Shown one piece after another: positions 30,675-43,081 of a stretch of DNA of 64,000 nt (position 1 is its first letter; the number at the start of each line of letters is the position of its first letter). The DNA is from the human T2T-CHM13v2.0 reference genome, Homo sapiens. Under the pieces are notes generated by a model that saw only the letters and a list, made by a program, of their open reading frames with translations, was not told the DNA's origin and did no database searches. Made by a program: the position numbers and the translations under genes. The stretch is from the NCBI RefSeq assembly GCF_009914755.1, contig NC_060934.1, one strand, 5' to 3'.

Positions 30675-31591
30675 GTGATAGATGATATTTTGGAGTATTC
30701 TGAAAGGGTCCAGAGATGCAATGCAGTAAAAAACAAGCAGACAGAAGACAGAACCTTGGGAGTTGCATACATTTAGAAGGCTGGTGGAGAACAGGAGTGG
30801 GAAAAGAAGCTAGTAGAGTGGTCAAAGGGGTCGGAGGAGAACAAGGCAAAACCTGGGACCAAGAAATCCAGGGGCAGCAATTGCAAGTAAGAGAAAGAAA
30901 TCACCAATGACAAATACCAATAATTAAAGACCCCAGAGAATGTAAGAGAAGCAAGGTATTTACCAAGGCATTATTGACCTTGCCAAAAGATGTTCCAAGC
31001 AAGTGGTAGGGTAGAACCAGGCTGCAATAGTTACACAGCAAAACCCATGGTACACAGCAGCCACTAAAAGCAATCAGCTGCCTCTGAGATGCCTGGTGGC
31101 TGAGGTAGGGGCAGAAAGGCAGGTGGGTGCAGAGGTAACAGTATGGAAACTGGAGTGCTAACTCTCAAAATTATGTAAATACCATCATATTGTTTTTAAT
31201 TATGGATCACTGGGTGGGATGTGTCTCATTATCAATGGGAAGGTACAAAAGAACTTTCTCAGTAAATAAAAGAAGGTTGTAATGCAGAGTAGCACAGGTA
31301 CAGGGAAATTATTAACATAGTCTCATAGCTGTTTGGTGAGAATGGGACCAAAATATGAAATTGTGCACTATGAGAGGGATGATACATTTTTGTTAAGCAT
31401 TTATTGTGCAAGGGGATATGGTGGACCCTAAGGAGCAGGAAAGAAGTCCCTGCCTTTAGGGAATGCCAGTCTTCATTAAGGGTCGTTGCAGGGAAAATCT
31501 CTAGGATGCCTCCTCTGAGCTGAGCTAATACTAAATCTCCCGCCCACCTTTTTAGTGGGTTATGGGTCTTCCTCATTATACATACACACAA

Positions 31592-31593
<2 letters not shown>

Positions 31594-31643
<50 letters not shown>
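31594..31643. repeat. Perfect (AC)25 microsatellite
   Basis: 50 bp of uninterrupted AC. Confidence 0.97.
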
Positions 31644-31645
<2 letters not shown>

Positions 31646-31902
31646 GCACGCACACAAGCTGCATGAGATATACTCAAAGACTCCTCATTGGTTTTCTGAA
31701 ATTTAAATTTAACCGGGCATCCTATATTTTATTTGGCAATGCCACATTCCATGCATGTTTGCTGAATAAATACAGAAGTATAACTGGGGCTGGAGTGGGA
31801 GGAGAAACCTGGGACAGGAAAATAATTCTTTTTAAATCTAATCTCCAAAAAACAATTATAAAAAAGTAGCACAGTGCTTAGGGCACAGCACTGGCAGAGC
31901 AG

Positions 31903-32715
31903 ATGAGACCTTTGTGGCATAAGGAACATGTATCTGGTCTCTGCCCCCTGTTCCTGGAACAGAACTTCTAAAACCCCTGTAATTTCTCGGGTGACAGGAA
32001 CGTCTTTTGTTCTAATAAGGTGACTCTTGGTGGGCTCCTGGATGGGGGCTGGTCACCAGAAAGACTGAGCCATGATTAGAAGCTGGGAACTTCCAGTCCA
32101 CCCCCATCCTCTGGGAAGGGGAGAGGAGCTGGAGCTGGAGTTAAAAATCGATAATGCCAAAGTGATGAAGCCTCCATAAACATCCTGAAAAGAGGAGATT
32201 CAGGTTTCAGAGTGGTGAACACATCCATGTGCCAGGAGGGTGGTGCACTGCAACTCCACGGGGACAGCAGCTCCCACGCTCAGGACCCTCTAGACCCTGC
32301 TCTATAGGCACCTCTTCATCTGGCTGCTCATTGGTGTCCTTTACCATATATTTTATAATAAAGTAGCAAGACTAAGTAAATAAGTGAGTCCCGAGTCATT
32401 ATAGCAAATTATTAAGCCTGACAAAGGGGTCATGGGACCCCTTCACTTGTAGCCAAGTCAGAGAGAAGTGTGGGTCACCTGGGGACCCTCTATTTGCAAT
32501 TGGCGTCTGAAGTGGAGCATCTTGTGGGATGGAACCCTTTGCCTGTGGGGTCGGTGCTAACTCCAGGTAGTCAGCATCATAACTGAACTGTAGGACACCC
32601 AGCTGGTGTCCAAAGTTGGAGAATTGGTTGGTGTGGAAAAAAAAAAAAAAAAAAAAAACCCACGTTTGGTGACCAGAAGTGAAGTATAAGCGTCAAGACC
32701 ACGGTTTGCATTTTC
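31903..32715 (+). mobile_element. MER21-family solo LTR (probably MER21C)
   Basis: tggtctctgccccctgttcctggaacagaacttctaaaacccct...ggctggtcaccagaaagac...taggacacccagctggtgtc...gagaattggttggtgtggaaaa. Confidence 0.8.
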
Positions 32716-33544
32716 TGTACAGCTGCAATGAGACGACGTCAGAGAGGCTGTGAGAAACCCATGGCAGAGCACCAGCGGGGGACACAAGATGGGTGCAGAG
32801 GGAACCCGACAGCGGGGCCTTCCAAGCACACCTGCTCCTTCCCTCTCCAACACCTGGGTTCTGTCTTCCACAAGCTCCAGAACAGCAAGTCCTGAAGTGA
32901 GAACCTGGCCGTGCCTCTGGATGAATGTGACTTAATTTAGGTAGTTGTCTCCCTTCAACAAACCAAACACAAGAGAAGAAATGCTGTGTGTGGCTGGATG
33001 GTCCTGACTATGTGGTTAATGAGATATGGATGCCGTGTGGTCAGTGGAGTCTGGGTGGTCAGGGAAAGCTTCAGGGAGGAGGCAGGCCTGTGGGGAGCCT
33101 TTAAGGAGGAGGAGAACATAAATAGGCAGAAGTCTCTCTGAATTCGTTGTAATTAAACCTAAACACTAAGCCAAACATGATATCAAGATTGTGGCTGGCT
33201 TTATTAAATACTGTTTATGTTGTAGACTTTGCCCTTCTTCAGCAGCAAGCAACTGCCTTCTCTTCTCTTGTTAGACAATGGTGCCGTCAAACCCGGGGAC
33301 ATCAGCACATCTCAGGCGCTGACAAACCAGGAACGATGCCCTCTCATCGCAGCCACATATGCACGTGAACATATGTGAGCCACATCGCCAAAGCTAACAG
33401 GTAGTTATGGTCAAGTCTTCAGATTTTGCAGTTTCTTCTTTTACTTTTCAGTAATACATTATTACTTACTTGCATAAATTAGCCATGTTGGTTCAGATGA
33501 AGAGACAACATCACACGTTGCTACTTTGCTTACAGTTTCTTTGC

Positions 33545-33931
33545 AGCAGAAATGCAGAGCAGCTTGGCTGAAAGGTCCCAGCCTGAGGGTCTCTCATGAG
33601 GGTGCAGTCATCACCTGAGCCTGCAGCTTGGCTGGGATGAAAGGACCCACTGCAAGATGGCACCCTAGTATGCCTGGCAAGTCAGCGCTGGCTGTCGGCT
33701 TTCCATATGGTATCTCCACAGGGCTGTTTAAGTATCTTCATGGCTCAGCAGCTGGTTTCCCCCACCAGTTGAGAGGGCCAAGAAACCAAGGTGAAAAGTA
33801 CAATGTCTCCTATGACTTAACCTCAAGGTCACACACTTCTGCCTTCTTCTATTGGTGACCCAGACCAACCCTGCCTCACAAAGGAGAGGGCCTTGGAAGG
33901 GCAAGGATCACCTTGGAAGCTGGCTATCACA
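33545..33931 (-). mobile_element. MLT1F/G-like MaLR LTR fragment
   Basis: ggtctctcatgagggtgcagtca...ctggcaagtcagcgctggctgt...tatgacttaacctcaaggtcacac...ggaagctggctatcaca. Confidence 0.65.
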
Positions 33932-34104
33932 AAGCCCTTGAATTTAACTTTGAAAATGCAAAGTATGGGGTCAAAGTCTCCCACCTGGGAAACAGAACAT
34001 TTTAAGATCTCATATGGAATAGCCAGACATATAAGATGACCATATAAAAGGGTGGAAGAGAATACATACACCTCATCAACACCACCTGCTTCAAGGTGTG
34101 AGCC

Positions 34105-34200
34105 CCATCCATCCGTCCATCTGTCCATCCAGCCATCTATCCATCTGTCCATCCGTCGATCTGTCTGTCTGTCTTCCCACCTGCCCATCTATCCACCTAC
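34105..34200. repeat. Degenerate (TCCA/TCTG)n tetranucleotide repeat
   Basis: ccatccatccgtccatctgtccatccagccatctatccatctgtccatcc. Confidence 0.85.
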
Positions 34201-37076
34201 ACATATATCACTAGTATTTATCACAGAAGCTTCTGTGGTCAACTCTAGGAAAAAGTGGTGAATAAAAAAGGTAAGTCTCTCTCCTCATGGGATGGACAGT
34301 TAAGGCTGAAAGGCAGACATTAAACGAGGACATAAACAGATAAAGAAAATGGTGAGGCAGAGCGTGGAAGAAACAAAGAATAATTACAGCAACCAAGCGA
34401 GTGGGCATCTGCTTAAATGAGATAATGAGGGAAGGAAGACTTCCCTAAGGAAGGGGTTTTAAGGCAGAGACGAGAAGGGACTCATTCACCATGCAACTAG
34501 ATGGGGTGCTGTAGGCACTCACGGATGGAGGTCAGGAACAGGCATTCCCAAGGACATTCCCAGGGCTCTCCTGGACAAAAGCCAGAGGAGGAGCCAAGCC
34601 AGGAATAAGATGAGAAGCCAAGTGTGGAGGATGAGGCATCACCACCGACCTGAGCAGGTTGGCAGGAGTAGCGTGGTCTGAGGACTGCTGGAGGAGCTGA
34701 GGGTGGGGCAGGAAGTAAGCTTGGAGAGAGGGACATGGACGCAAGTCCCACAACCATGGGAAAAGTAGCCAGCTCGATTGTTAGAGAGGAGACCAGGTGT
34801 CCCTGGTGAGGGAGAGCAGAAACCAGCTGGGGATGCTGTGGGGTGAGGATATGGTGTGAGGGGGGTGCTCCAAAGGGAGTTTCAATGCAGACAGAGTAGG
34901 GCACAGGGAGTGTTAGGGCTGCAGGCCAACGTCTGGCTGCCCTTTGGAACATCACCTCAATGGGGCCACACATTAAGAAGTTCTGCTTTGAATTTGGGAC
35001 AAATTTTGGGAGCACCCTCCACTCATAAATGAGACACACTCAAATCAATCAAGAGATACGACATGGACATTTTCAGGAAAAAAAGATTTGTCTGAGAGCC
35101 CATTGTCTATATAAAATTTTCAATACTCTATTTTCAAACCTTGTCTAAAATTACACCCCCAAAATGTCACTTGACTACTCAGAAACCTTCAGTGGCTCCC
35201 CATTGCCTTCAGAATTGAAGTCAAGCCCCCAGCATGATATTCAGGGCCTTGTTTAATCTGAAAACTCCTCAACCCAACCCCAAATCTAGCTGGAATAGGT
35301 ACTTAATAGTCACTTGCAAACATAAACAGAGGACTGGAACTTGCCTCTCAGAGCACAGTCAATGCAGAGCCTCGTTCAAAACCCCTGCTATGAGGCTTTC
35401 TATGGAAGGAAAGGGAGAAGCGGGGGTTTCAGCAGACTGCCCCAGTTTGTACAGAAGCTAGGACTGGTAAGGTAATTAACGTTCCTTCTCATTTGGGCCT
35501 GAGATGCAGGGCAAGGAAACGGTAAGCATGCCGCTCCAAGTCACTGCATTTGAAATGAAACAGTTAAACTCATTTGCCGTCATGGTTGCAAGAGCTTCTT
35601 GAAAGGAGTTGCTCTGAGGTTAATGAGCATGATAGGTCAATTCTATGTGTGCTGAAATTCTTGGAATCTGAAAACATGGCAGTTGTAGCTAGTCAGCTTT
35701 CACTGAAAAATGTACATGTGTTGTCTTCGAGGGTATTTACTTAACTAAAGACGTACGTTTCCACAGCTTCTGGACATTTATTTTATAGGAAAAGATCTTT
35801 AAAGTTTCTCCAACTCATTTCCCCACCTGCCAACTCTGCTCGCCAGCTCTTTCCTCGTAATGCCTGCTGGAGCCAAAAGAACGTCTCCGTGTTCCTGTCT
35901 GTTATAACCAACAAAAATGCATCCAATCTTTTGTATTTGACTTAAGGATGCTGTTTCTGTCCTTTCCAACCGATGGCTCCTTATAACCCTGTCTGGGCAA
36001 CTGAAGTATGTGGCATAAAAATCAGAATATTAGTTTGATCCTTGGAGCTGGGAGGATGACCAGTTTGTGTTTTGCCCATCACAGGCGTTTCCCATGGCAG
36101 CTGCATTCCCAGAAACACTTCCAGACTGAACCAGACGAGGCTCAGTACCTGCCAATGAAACAGCAGGCTGGAAACTCAGTCTCTGGAGCTCCACCGAGAC
36201 CGTTCTGGAGATCAACCTCACAAAGCTCCCTTCTCTTTTTACTTAAAACTGCAAGGCAAGGGTGTCTGTAGATGTGTGATTCTTCACTTTTCCACAGCAG
36301 ATCCAGACATGAAAATCGCAGGACAGCAAATGCCCACTCTCAATGCTCTTTATAAGCAAAGACACAGACATGGGCAGCTAGTGTCTGGCTGACCGACAGC
36401 TCCCAGCGATCCGATGCATTCCCACGAAGTCCACTTATGAGATTTGCCTGTGTCAAGGAACACTAAAACCAGCAATAACTTTTGGCAATGCAAACGCATT
36501 CCTATTAGCTGAATAGGCACGACCAGAGATTATATGCCCCCGTGGTCTTGTTTTGAACTACAAAAGAAGGAGCTGGATTTCAAAGGAGATATGATAGAAT
36601 TTTTTACCCCTGATGGGCTCTTAACTCTTCCTTATGTTTGTAGTGCAGGAGGAGTTAACATTTCTAAGAGTTCTGTTTGAGCAAGTTGCAAAGTAGCTCT
36701 GAAATGAAATGGCCAGTTTTAATGCAGTTTTTAAAAGGGCAAAATATCTCTATCACTTAGCACAGGGCCTGGCACATAAAGGATTCTCAATAAATATTTG
36801 TTGATTAAATGAATATACAGAAAGGACTCAACAGAAAAGCAGGGTAATCTCTAATCGTAATTTCTTCCCCCTCAAAAGTGTTAAGTCAAAACTCATGGAG
36901 ATAATTCCACCCAATAGTATCCTAGGCAGGGCCTCCGCCCTCAGCAGCTGAGCAGGTTTAGAGCCATTCAACTCTAAGCCCCAAGTTGCGCAGGGCTCAA
37001 TTTACATGGCTATACATGTAAATTGATGAAAACATACACCTGATGAGGTGTTCAAGGTGGAAAAATTAAAGAAATT

Positions 37077-37312
37077 GGTTGGGCACGGTGGTTCATGACT
37101 GTTATCTCAGCACTTTGGGAGGCTGAGGCAGGTGGATCGCTTGAGCTCAGGAGTTTGAGACCAGCCTCAGCAACATGGCAAAAACCTATCTCCACAAAAA
37201 ATAATTTTTTAAATTAGCCAGGGGTGATGGTGCACTGATTGTGCCACTGCACTCCAGCATTGGTGACAGAGTGAGACCCTATCTCAAAAAAAAAAAAAAA
37301 AAAGAAAAGAAA
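37077..37312 (+). mobile_element. Alu (J-like) with an internal right-arm deletion
   Basis: Right arm jumps from gatggtgcac to tgattgtgccactgcactccagc; poly-A tail is present. Confidence 0.88.
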
Positions 37313-38260
37313 ATTGTTAAAAGTCTACAATAGCTAAAATAGCATTTTCCAAGTGGTATAATGTGTTCCCCCATGACAGACAAATACATTTTAAGAGGTA
37401 TACAGCACACTTCATTTTAATCAGTTTTAGTGTTTGAGAAAAAAAATCACTAAGTATCTCAAGCATGTATAAGCTATTCATATGATAAGCTGTAATATTA
37501 ATGATGTGATTGCTTTTATAATTAGGTTAAATTCACGCTGGTGGGTCCTGGGTGACTGAAGTTTGAGAAACATGGATGCAAACTATGTTGCCTCCATATA
37601 CAGAAACATCACCGCGAGTCCATCAATGATGGGAAGTGCTGTACCTGTGATGTTTCTGCAATTGAGCGAATCCACCCACAGCCCTTCTGAGGAGTCCTTC
37701 CTGAGACACCTCTGGGGTGGGACCTGCCAGGTGAGGCCGAGGAACACAGCCAAGCTAATGGCTCCCATGGAAACGGGAAATCTTAATAGAGACCCAATCC
37801 ACAACCCTGGATCTCAGTAGCTCTGTGCTCTCACCAACTCTGTTTTGGGTTTTTGACCAAATCTTTAAACAATATGCTTGGAAAATTAGTAGGTTCAAGC
37901 AAAAAGAAGACCCTTAGTACCTCTGCTGAGTAAAAAGTGCATATGGCAGACATTATGCCAGCTGAATGAAACATTTTGTGTGCCAACTTTAGAAAAGGGT
38001 CAATTTAATTTCAAGTAATTAGCAGAAAGGCAGCCTTGAGGCATGGATCAATGCAAGGAATGTGAAATACCAGAGCTAGGTCAAATACTGAAGAGTTGGG
38101 AATTAATTTTTTTAAGAAATGTTTTTTTTCCCCCAGGGAAAAGAGCCTAATGATTAGGTTTCTAAGTAATTGATTTAACTTATTGAACATAGCTATTTTA
38201 TTTATGTCTATAGGTACATCCATAAAGAGCCAAATTCCTGGCATATTTCCTTTTATACCA

Positions 38261-38388
38261 TTTTATTTTATTATTTTTTGAGATGGAGTTTTGCTCTGTC
38301 ACCCATACTGGAGTGCAGTGGTGCAATGTTGGCTCACTGCAACCTCCGCCTCCTGAGTTCAAGCAATTCTCCTGCTTCAGCCTCCCAA
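38261..38388 (-). mobile_element. 5'-truncated Alu (right arm only)
   Basis: gagatggagttttgctctgtc...cagcctcccaa; near-TSD ttttataccatttta / ttttatgccatttta. Confidence 0.88.
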
Positions 38389-38701
38389 TTTTATGCCATT
38401 TTAAATTAATTATGTGAAAAGATAGGGTGTGTCTCAGCCATGAGCCAGCACTTGAGATCTGTTTCTTTTATAATCTACCCACAGCAGACATACACATATA
38501 TTTCCCACACTCTGTCAGCTGAGAAGGCCTAGAAGCAATGACTGCCCAGTAGCAGTGAGCCTATCTAGTACCTAGAGTCTCTAATACCATTCTCCAAGGA
38601 ATCGGGCTCGTGGAGAAATGGCTGACTTTAGGACAGGTACAGGAAATATACCAGATGAACCCAGTGCAGCTTGCAGTGCCAGAAAGGAAGGAAGTGCTAG
38701 A

Positions 38702-39114
38702 ACACACACACACACTCAACAGTCATACCATCTCTCTCACACACACTCTCACACATTCTTATACATTCCCATACACTTTCACACACTCAAACTCACACAC
38801 TAATGTACACCCACACACTCACATATACTTTCACACACAAACTCACACACATTCACACTCTCTCACTCGCATACATCCACAAGCTCAGAGTCACTCTGTC
38901 ATACACAAACACACACACATTCTAACACACAGATACACTTTCACATACATTCAAACTCATGCAGTGACATTCACACTCACACATTCACACATTCTCAGAG
39001 CCACACTCTCTCACACACACTCATTCTAACACACACTTTCACACACACTCAAACTCACATTCACACTCACACACTCACATACACCCACACACTCTCTCAC
39101 ACACCTTCACACAT
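38702..39114. repeat. ~410-bp degenerate CA/CT-rich low-complexity tract
   Basis: Continuous cacacactctcacacattc-type sequence; produces the His/Thr-rich spurious ORF 38610-39029. Confidence 0.92.
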
Positions 39115-39245
39115 GCATCCATGGGTGTATGTCAAAGAGACACAGGAGCCAGTGAAAAGAACTCTCAATAGCCAAAGTAGGAACAATTTGAACAATAAAA
39201 TAAATAAGAGTATTGGATTATATTCTAAAGTATAAAATAAATACC

Positions 39246-39608
39246 TGTATTAGTCTACTCTCACACTGCTAATAAAGACGACCCAAGACTGGGTAATTTT
39301 TAAAGGAAGGAGATTTAATTGACTCACAGTTCCACATGGCTGGGGAGGCCTCACAATCATGGCAGAAGGCGAAGGGGAAGCAAGACACATCTTACATGGT
39401 GGCAGGCAAGAGAGCATGTTCAGGGGAACTGCCCTTTAAAAAACCAGCAGATCTCGTGAGACTTATTCACTATCATGAGAACAGCATGGGAAAGACCTGC
39501 CTCTGTAATTAAATTACCTCCCACCAGGTCCCTCCCACAACATGTGGGGGATTGTGGGAATTACAATTCAAAATAAGATTTGGGTGGGGACACTGCCAAA
39601 CCATATCA
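39246..39608 (-). mobile_element. THE1 (C/D-like) MaLR solo LTR, complete
   Basis: tgtattagtc...gactgggtaattt...catggctggggaggcctcacaatcatggcagaagg...ccaaaccatatca; TG...CA ends; 5-bp near-TSD atacc/ataac. Confidence 0.9.
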
Positions 39609-42506
39609 ATAACCATAAGACCACATTAATGTCGTTAAATGATTAAAAACATAAATAGGGAGCACAGACAAATCTCACATGCATGAGAATTCCAAATAAT
39701 GGATGCAGCTACCTCGCCATCCAGGGGTGCAGCGTAACTCCCCACTCCTCAAGTATGGGATGCGCACAGTGACCTCCTTCCAGGCAACACAGCATGGGAA
39801 GGGGGAAAAAGGAGCTTTGTAAGTGGAGAAACCCAGCAAACACAACCTCAGCCAGGTGCTGAAGCACCTACAGATAAGACATATGCACAGTATGTCCCCT
39901 TGATATGGTGTAACAAGATGGGGAATTTGCCTCTGTGATCTGCTGCCCAAAACAGACAAGCCCAGTCCCATCATGAGAAAAACGCTGGAAAATCCCAGCT
40001 GAGGGCCAGTCTATGCCACACCTGATCTCTACTCCCCAAAACCGTCTAGGTCATCAAGGACAAGGAAGGCCCAATAAACCGCCACAACCAAGAGGAGCCT
40101 TCAGAGACACGACACTGAACACGATATAATGTGAGGTCCCAGATGAACCATCAGAAAACGAACATTGAGTCAAAGCTAAGAAAATCAGAATAAGGTACGG
40201 ACATTAGCTCCTAATAATCCACTGATAAGGGCTTGTTAATTGTGACAAGTGTAACAACAGGGGAGACTTGGTGTGAGGTACATGAGAACCATACTATCTT
40301 TGCAATTTTTTTATAAATTAAAAATTGTTCTTATATAAAAAGCTTATTTTTAAAGATCTAGCAAGAGCAGTCTTGGGAGGATGGAAGGGTGGGAATTGAC
40401 TTTTATTCTTCCTTGCCCCAAATCTCTAATGGGCAGATTTCTCTAAACACATGTAGTCTTGGGAGACACGTGTTTCCTTTTGACCATTTACGTGTGGTGC
40501 CCACCATGCATTCTCAACGGGGATGAGCAAAATTGGTACTAGGAAGGGGACGAAAACCTTCGCTATTACAAAGGTTTTTACCCTCCAAAGTTTAGCTTAG
40601 CACAACCCAATAAAATCTTATTCCTTAGTGTTCAAGTTCTCTTGTTAGAAAGAAACTAAATTTAAATTCATTTAGTTTTTCTCTTTAGGCAGGCGGTAAC
40701 AAAAAATGCTGGTAAAACACTAGTGTGCACCACCAACAATGCATGTCTTCCTCACATTCTCAGGGACACGTGCAAGACACAAGAGCATGAGGAGTGTCTT
40801 AAATATATCCAAAAGGAAATTCTTCCCACAGCGGCTCTCTATGCAGGCATATGTTACATTCTACAACGGTGCTGTAGTCAAGCGTTGTTTTAATATAATT
40901 TTATATACGTGGTTGCAGGCACTGTCAGGATAGGTATAAAAATGTTTCTCACTTTTTAGGGAAAGAATAGGAGGATTTAAAAAAATCTGAACTTTACATT
41001 TTGGTTGAACAAAAACATCTTCATCACTATCACAACTACTTATTGAGTGATTATTAAGGAACGGTCCTCACTGGTTATATGTTGCAACTTCAAAGAAATT
41101 CCACAGTAAACACGTAGATGAAGGCTTCCTCAGCTTTCCTCTGACATAAAATTATAAAGTGCAACATTAATACCATTAAATCTCTTGGGAAGATAAGCTC
41201 TTCAGTTTAAAGTAAGATTTTAGAATCCTAATCCTTTCTGGAAGTTATATGTTCTTCCAAATGACCTCAATCCCCAGAATGTTCTCTCTCTTATTAAAAA
41301 ATGTCAGGCTTAAAAAGAAAAAAATATTGTCACAAATGAACTACACAAAGATAATTGTGAAAAATGGGGAACCAAGGTATGCAGTATATAAAAATTCTCT
41401 GTAATGTCTTTGCAATTTTTCAATAAATCCAAAACTTTTTTAAAATAAGTTGTTTATTTTTTAAAATCCCATATGTCTGACTAAGTACTTATTCAAATTT
41501 ACTACAGTCTGTGAGCTTCTCAAGGGCAGGATTGGGTCCCATTCATCCTTGCTTCCTGGGAACCTGACCTCGGGTCTCAAAGACAACAAGCATTCATACG
41601 TCCTTGGGCAAATGTACAACTGAAAACAGAATTCATCAAACTCCTTCTCTCCTAATGTCAAGTAACTATAAGCCCTACATGTCAGTCAAACATAAAAAGC
41701 ATTACTCAGGATTACAAAAATATATTTTACAATTTCTGTCTCAAGAAGGTAAATCATGATATCTCCTGCATTATCCAAATTTGTTCAGTTATTTTAAAAT
41801 ATGATTTTTTTTTCAAAAGGACCCAGTTTAATGATGATGACAGAAGCTTGTAGGGGAAGGAAAAGGTACAGAATCTAAGACAACCCGATTCAATAAAAAC
41901 AATTTAAAAGTATGATATTAAGGCCTTGCTAAGAGGTCACAAGAAACAAGCGAGTGGGTGGTGAGTGTTGTTGGAAATGCAGAGCCCTTCCTTGGTTGAA
42001 TGAGAGCTCCCTAAGCCAGGGACACAGTTGAAACAAGTACAATACCTTGGCCTGCTTTCTCCTCTTTGTGTGTTGGCCAAAAAGGAGGAGTGAACAGGAA
42101 AGACCCTGGCAGGGAGTTGGGATGCAACAATCACATCTTGTTGAAGAAAGCCAGATCTCCCTCGGAGGCAAGACAGACAGGGAGGGAGAGAGCGCTGGCG
42201 AGTGCTCACCACGTCTGCCCCCTGAACCATGACCTCAGCTGTCTGGAGTCAAGATGTATGAAGCAGTCCTGATATGATGCCCAGGGGAAAGAAAGTTAAA
42301 GATTTTTCTGAAAGGTAGCAGAGGAATATGCAAAGAATACTGGATTTCAAATCTGACAGGCCTTGGCCCAGATGCTAGTCTTCTCGCTTAACTTTCTACC
42401 TGGGGGTCGGGGGGGGGGCTTCAGCAACCTCATGTGCACAACAGCATCCACCTTGCAGGGCTGCTGGGGGCATCCAGCGAGCTGATATCTATGGAATATC
42501 TAGTCT

Positions 42507-42820
42507 AGGGGTTATAAACTATGGCCCTCGGGCAAAGCCAATGCACTGCCTGTTTTGGTTCAGCCTGCAAGCTAAGACTCATTTCATATTCTAAAATTGT
42601 TTAAAAAGATTTTTCATGACACATGAAAATGATACTAAATTCAAATTTCAACGTCCAGTAAGTTTTATTGGAACATAGCCATGCTCATTCATTTATGTAT
42701 TATCTAGGGCTGCTTCTACGCAACAGCCCAGTTGAGTCGCTTCAGCAGGTATCATTGTGACCTGTGCTGCTGAACATATTTACTGTTCAGCTCTTCCCAG
42801 AAAAATCTGCAGAACCCCAG
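42507..42820. mobile_element. MER58B-like element
   Basis: aaactatggccctcgggcaaa...aagttttattggaacatagccatgctcattcatttatgtattatct. Confidence 0.75.
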
Positions 42821-42897
42821 TCTGGCTCCGTCCAAGGCCAAGACGGGGATCCCAGTAACTGCCAGTTTCCTGTCCTTCCACATCTTTTCTCACCGTG

Positions 42898-43081
42898 CAG
42901 TGGTTCTCAACCCGGGGCAATTTTACACCCCAGGGGCCACGTGGCAATGCCTGGAGACATCTGTGACTAGAAGAGGGTGGCGCTGGCATCAGTCAGGTGT
43001 ATCAGGGATGCTGCTACACATCCAGGAACTCCCAGGCCAGTGCCCTCCCCCCACACACAGCAAAGGCTTATCCAGCCCTGG
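42898..43081. mobile_element. MER20 element (partial)
   Basis: cagtggttctcaacccggggcaattttacacccc...ggcaatgcctggagacat...cagggatgctgctacacatcc. Confidence 0.8.

Larger units (their letters stand above)
38490..40352 (+). mobile_element. L1MC-type 3' region, interrupted by a CA-rich tract and a THE1 LTR
   Basis: tcagctgagaaggcctagaagcaatgac, ggagaaatggctgactttagg, taactccccactcctcaagtatggg, ctatctttgcaattttttt. Confidence 0.7.

Noticed and set aside
34497-35039. Longest ORF in the track (180 aa)
   Set aside because: No recognisable domain or exon context; it overlaps degenerate repeat-like purine-rich sequence and is consistent with chance.
38610-39029. His/Thr-rich 139-aa ORF
   Set aside because: It is the translation of a CA-rich low-complexity tract.
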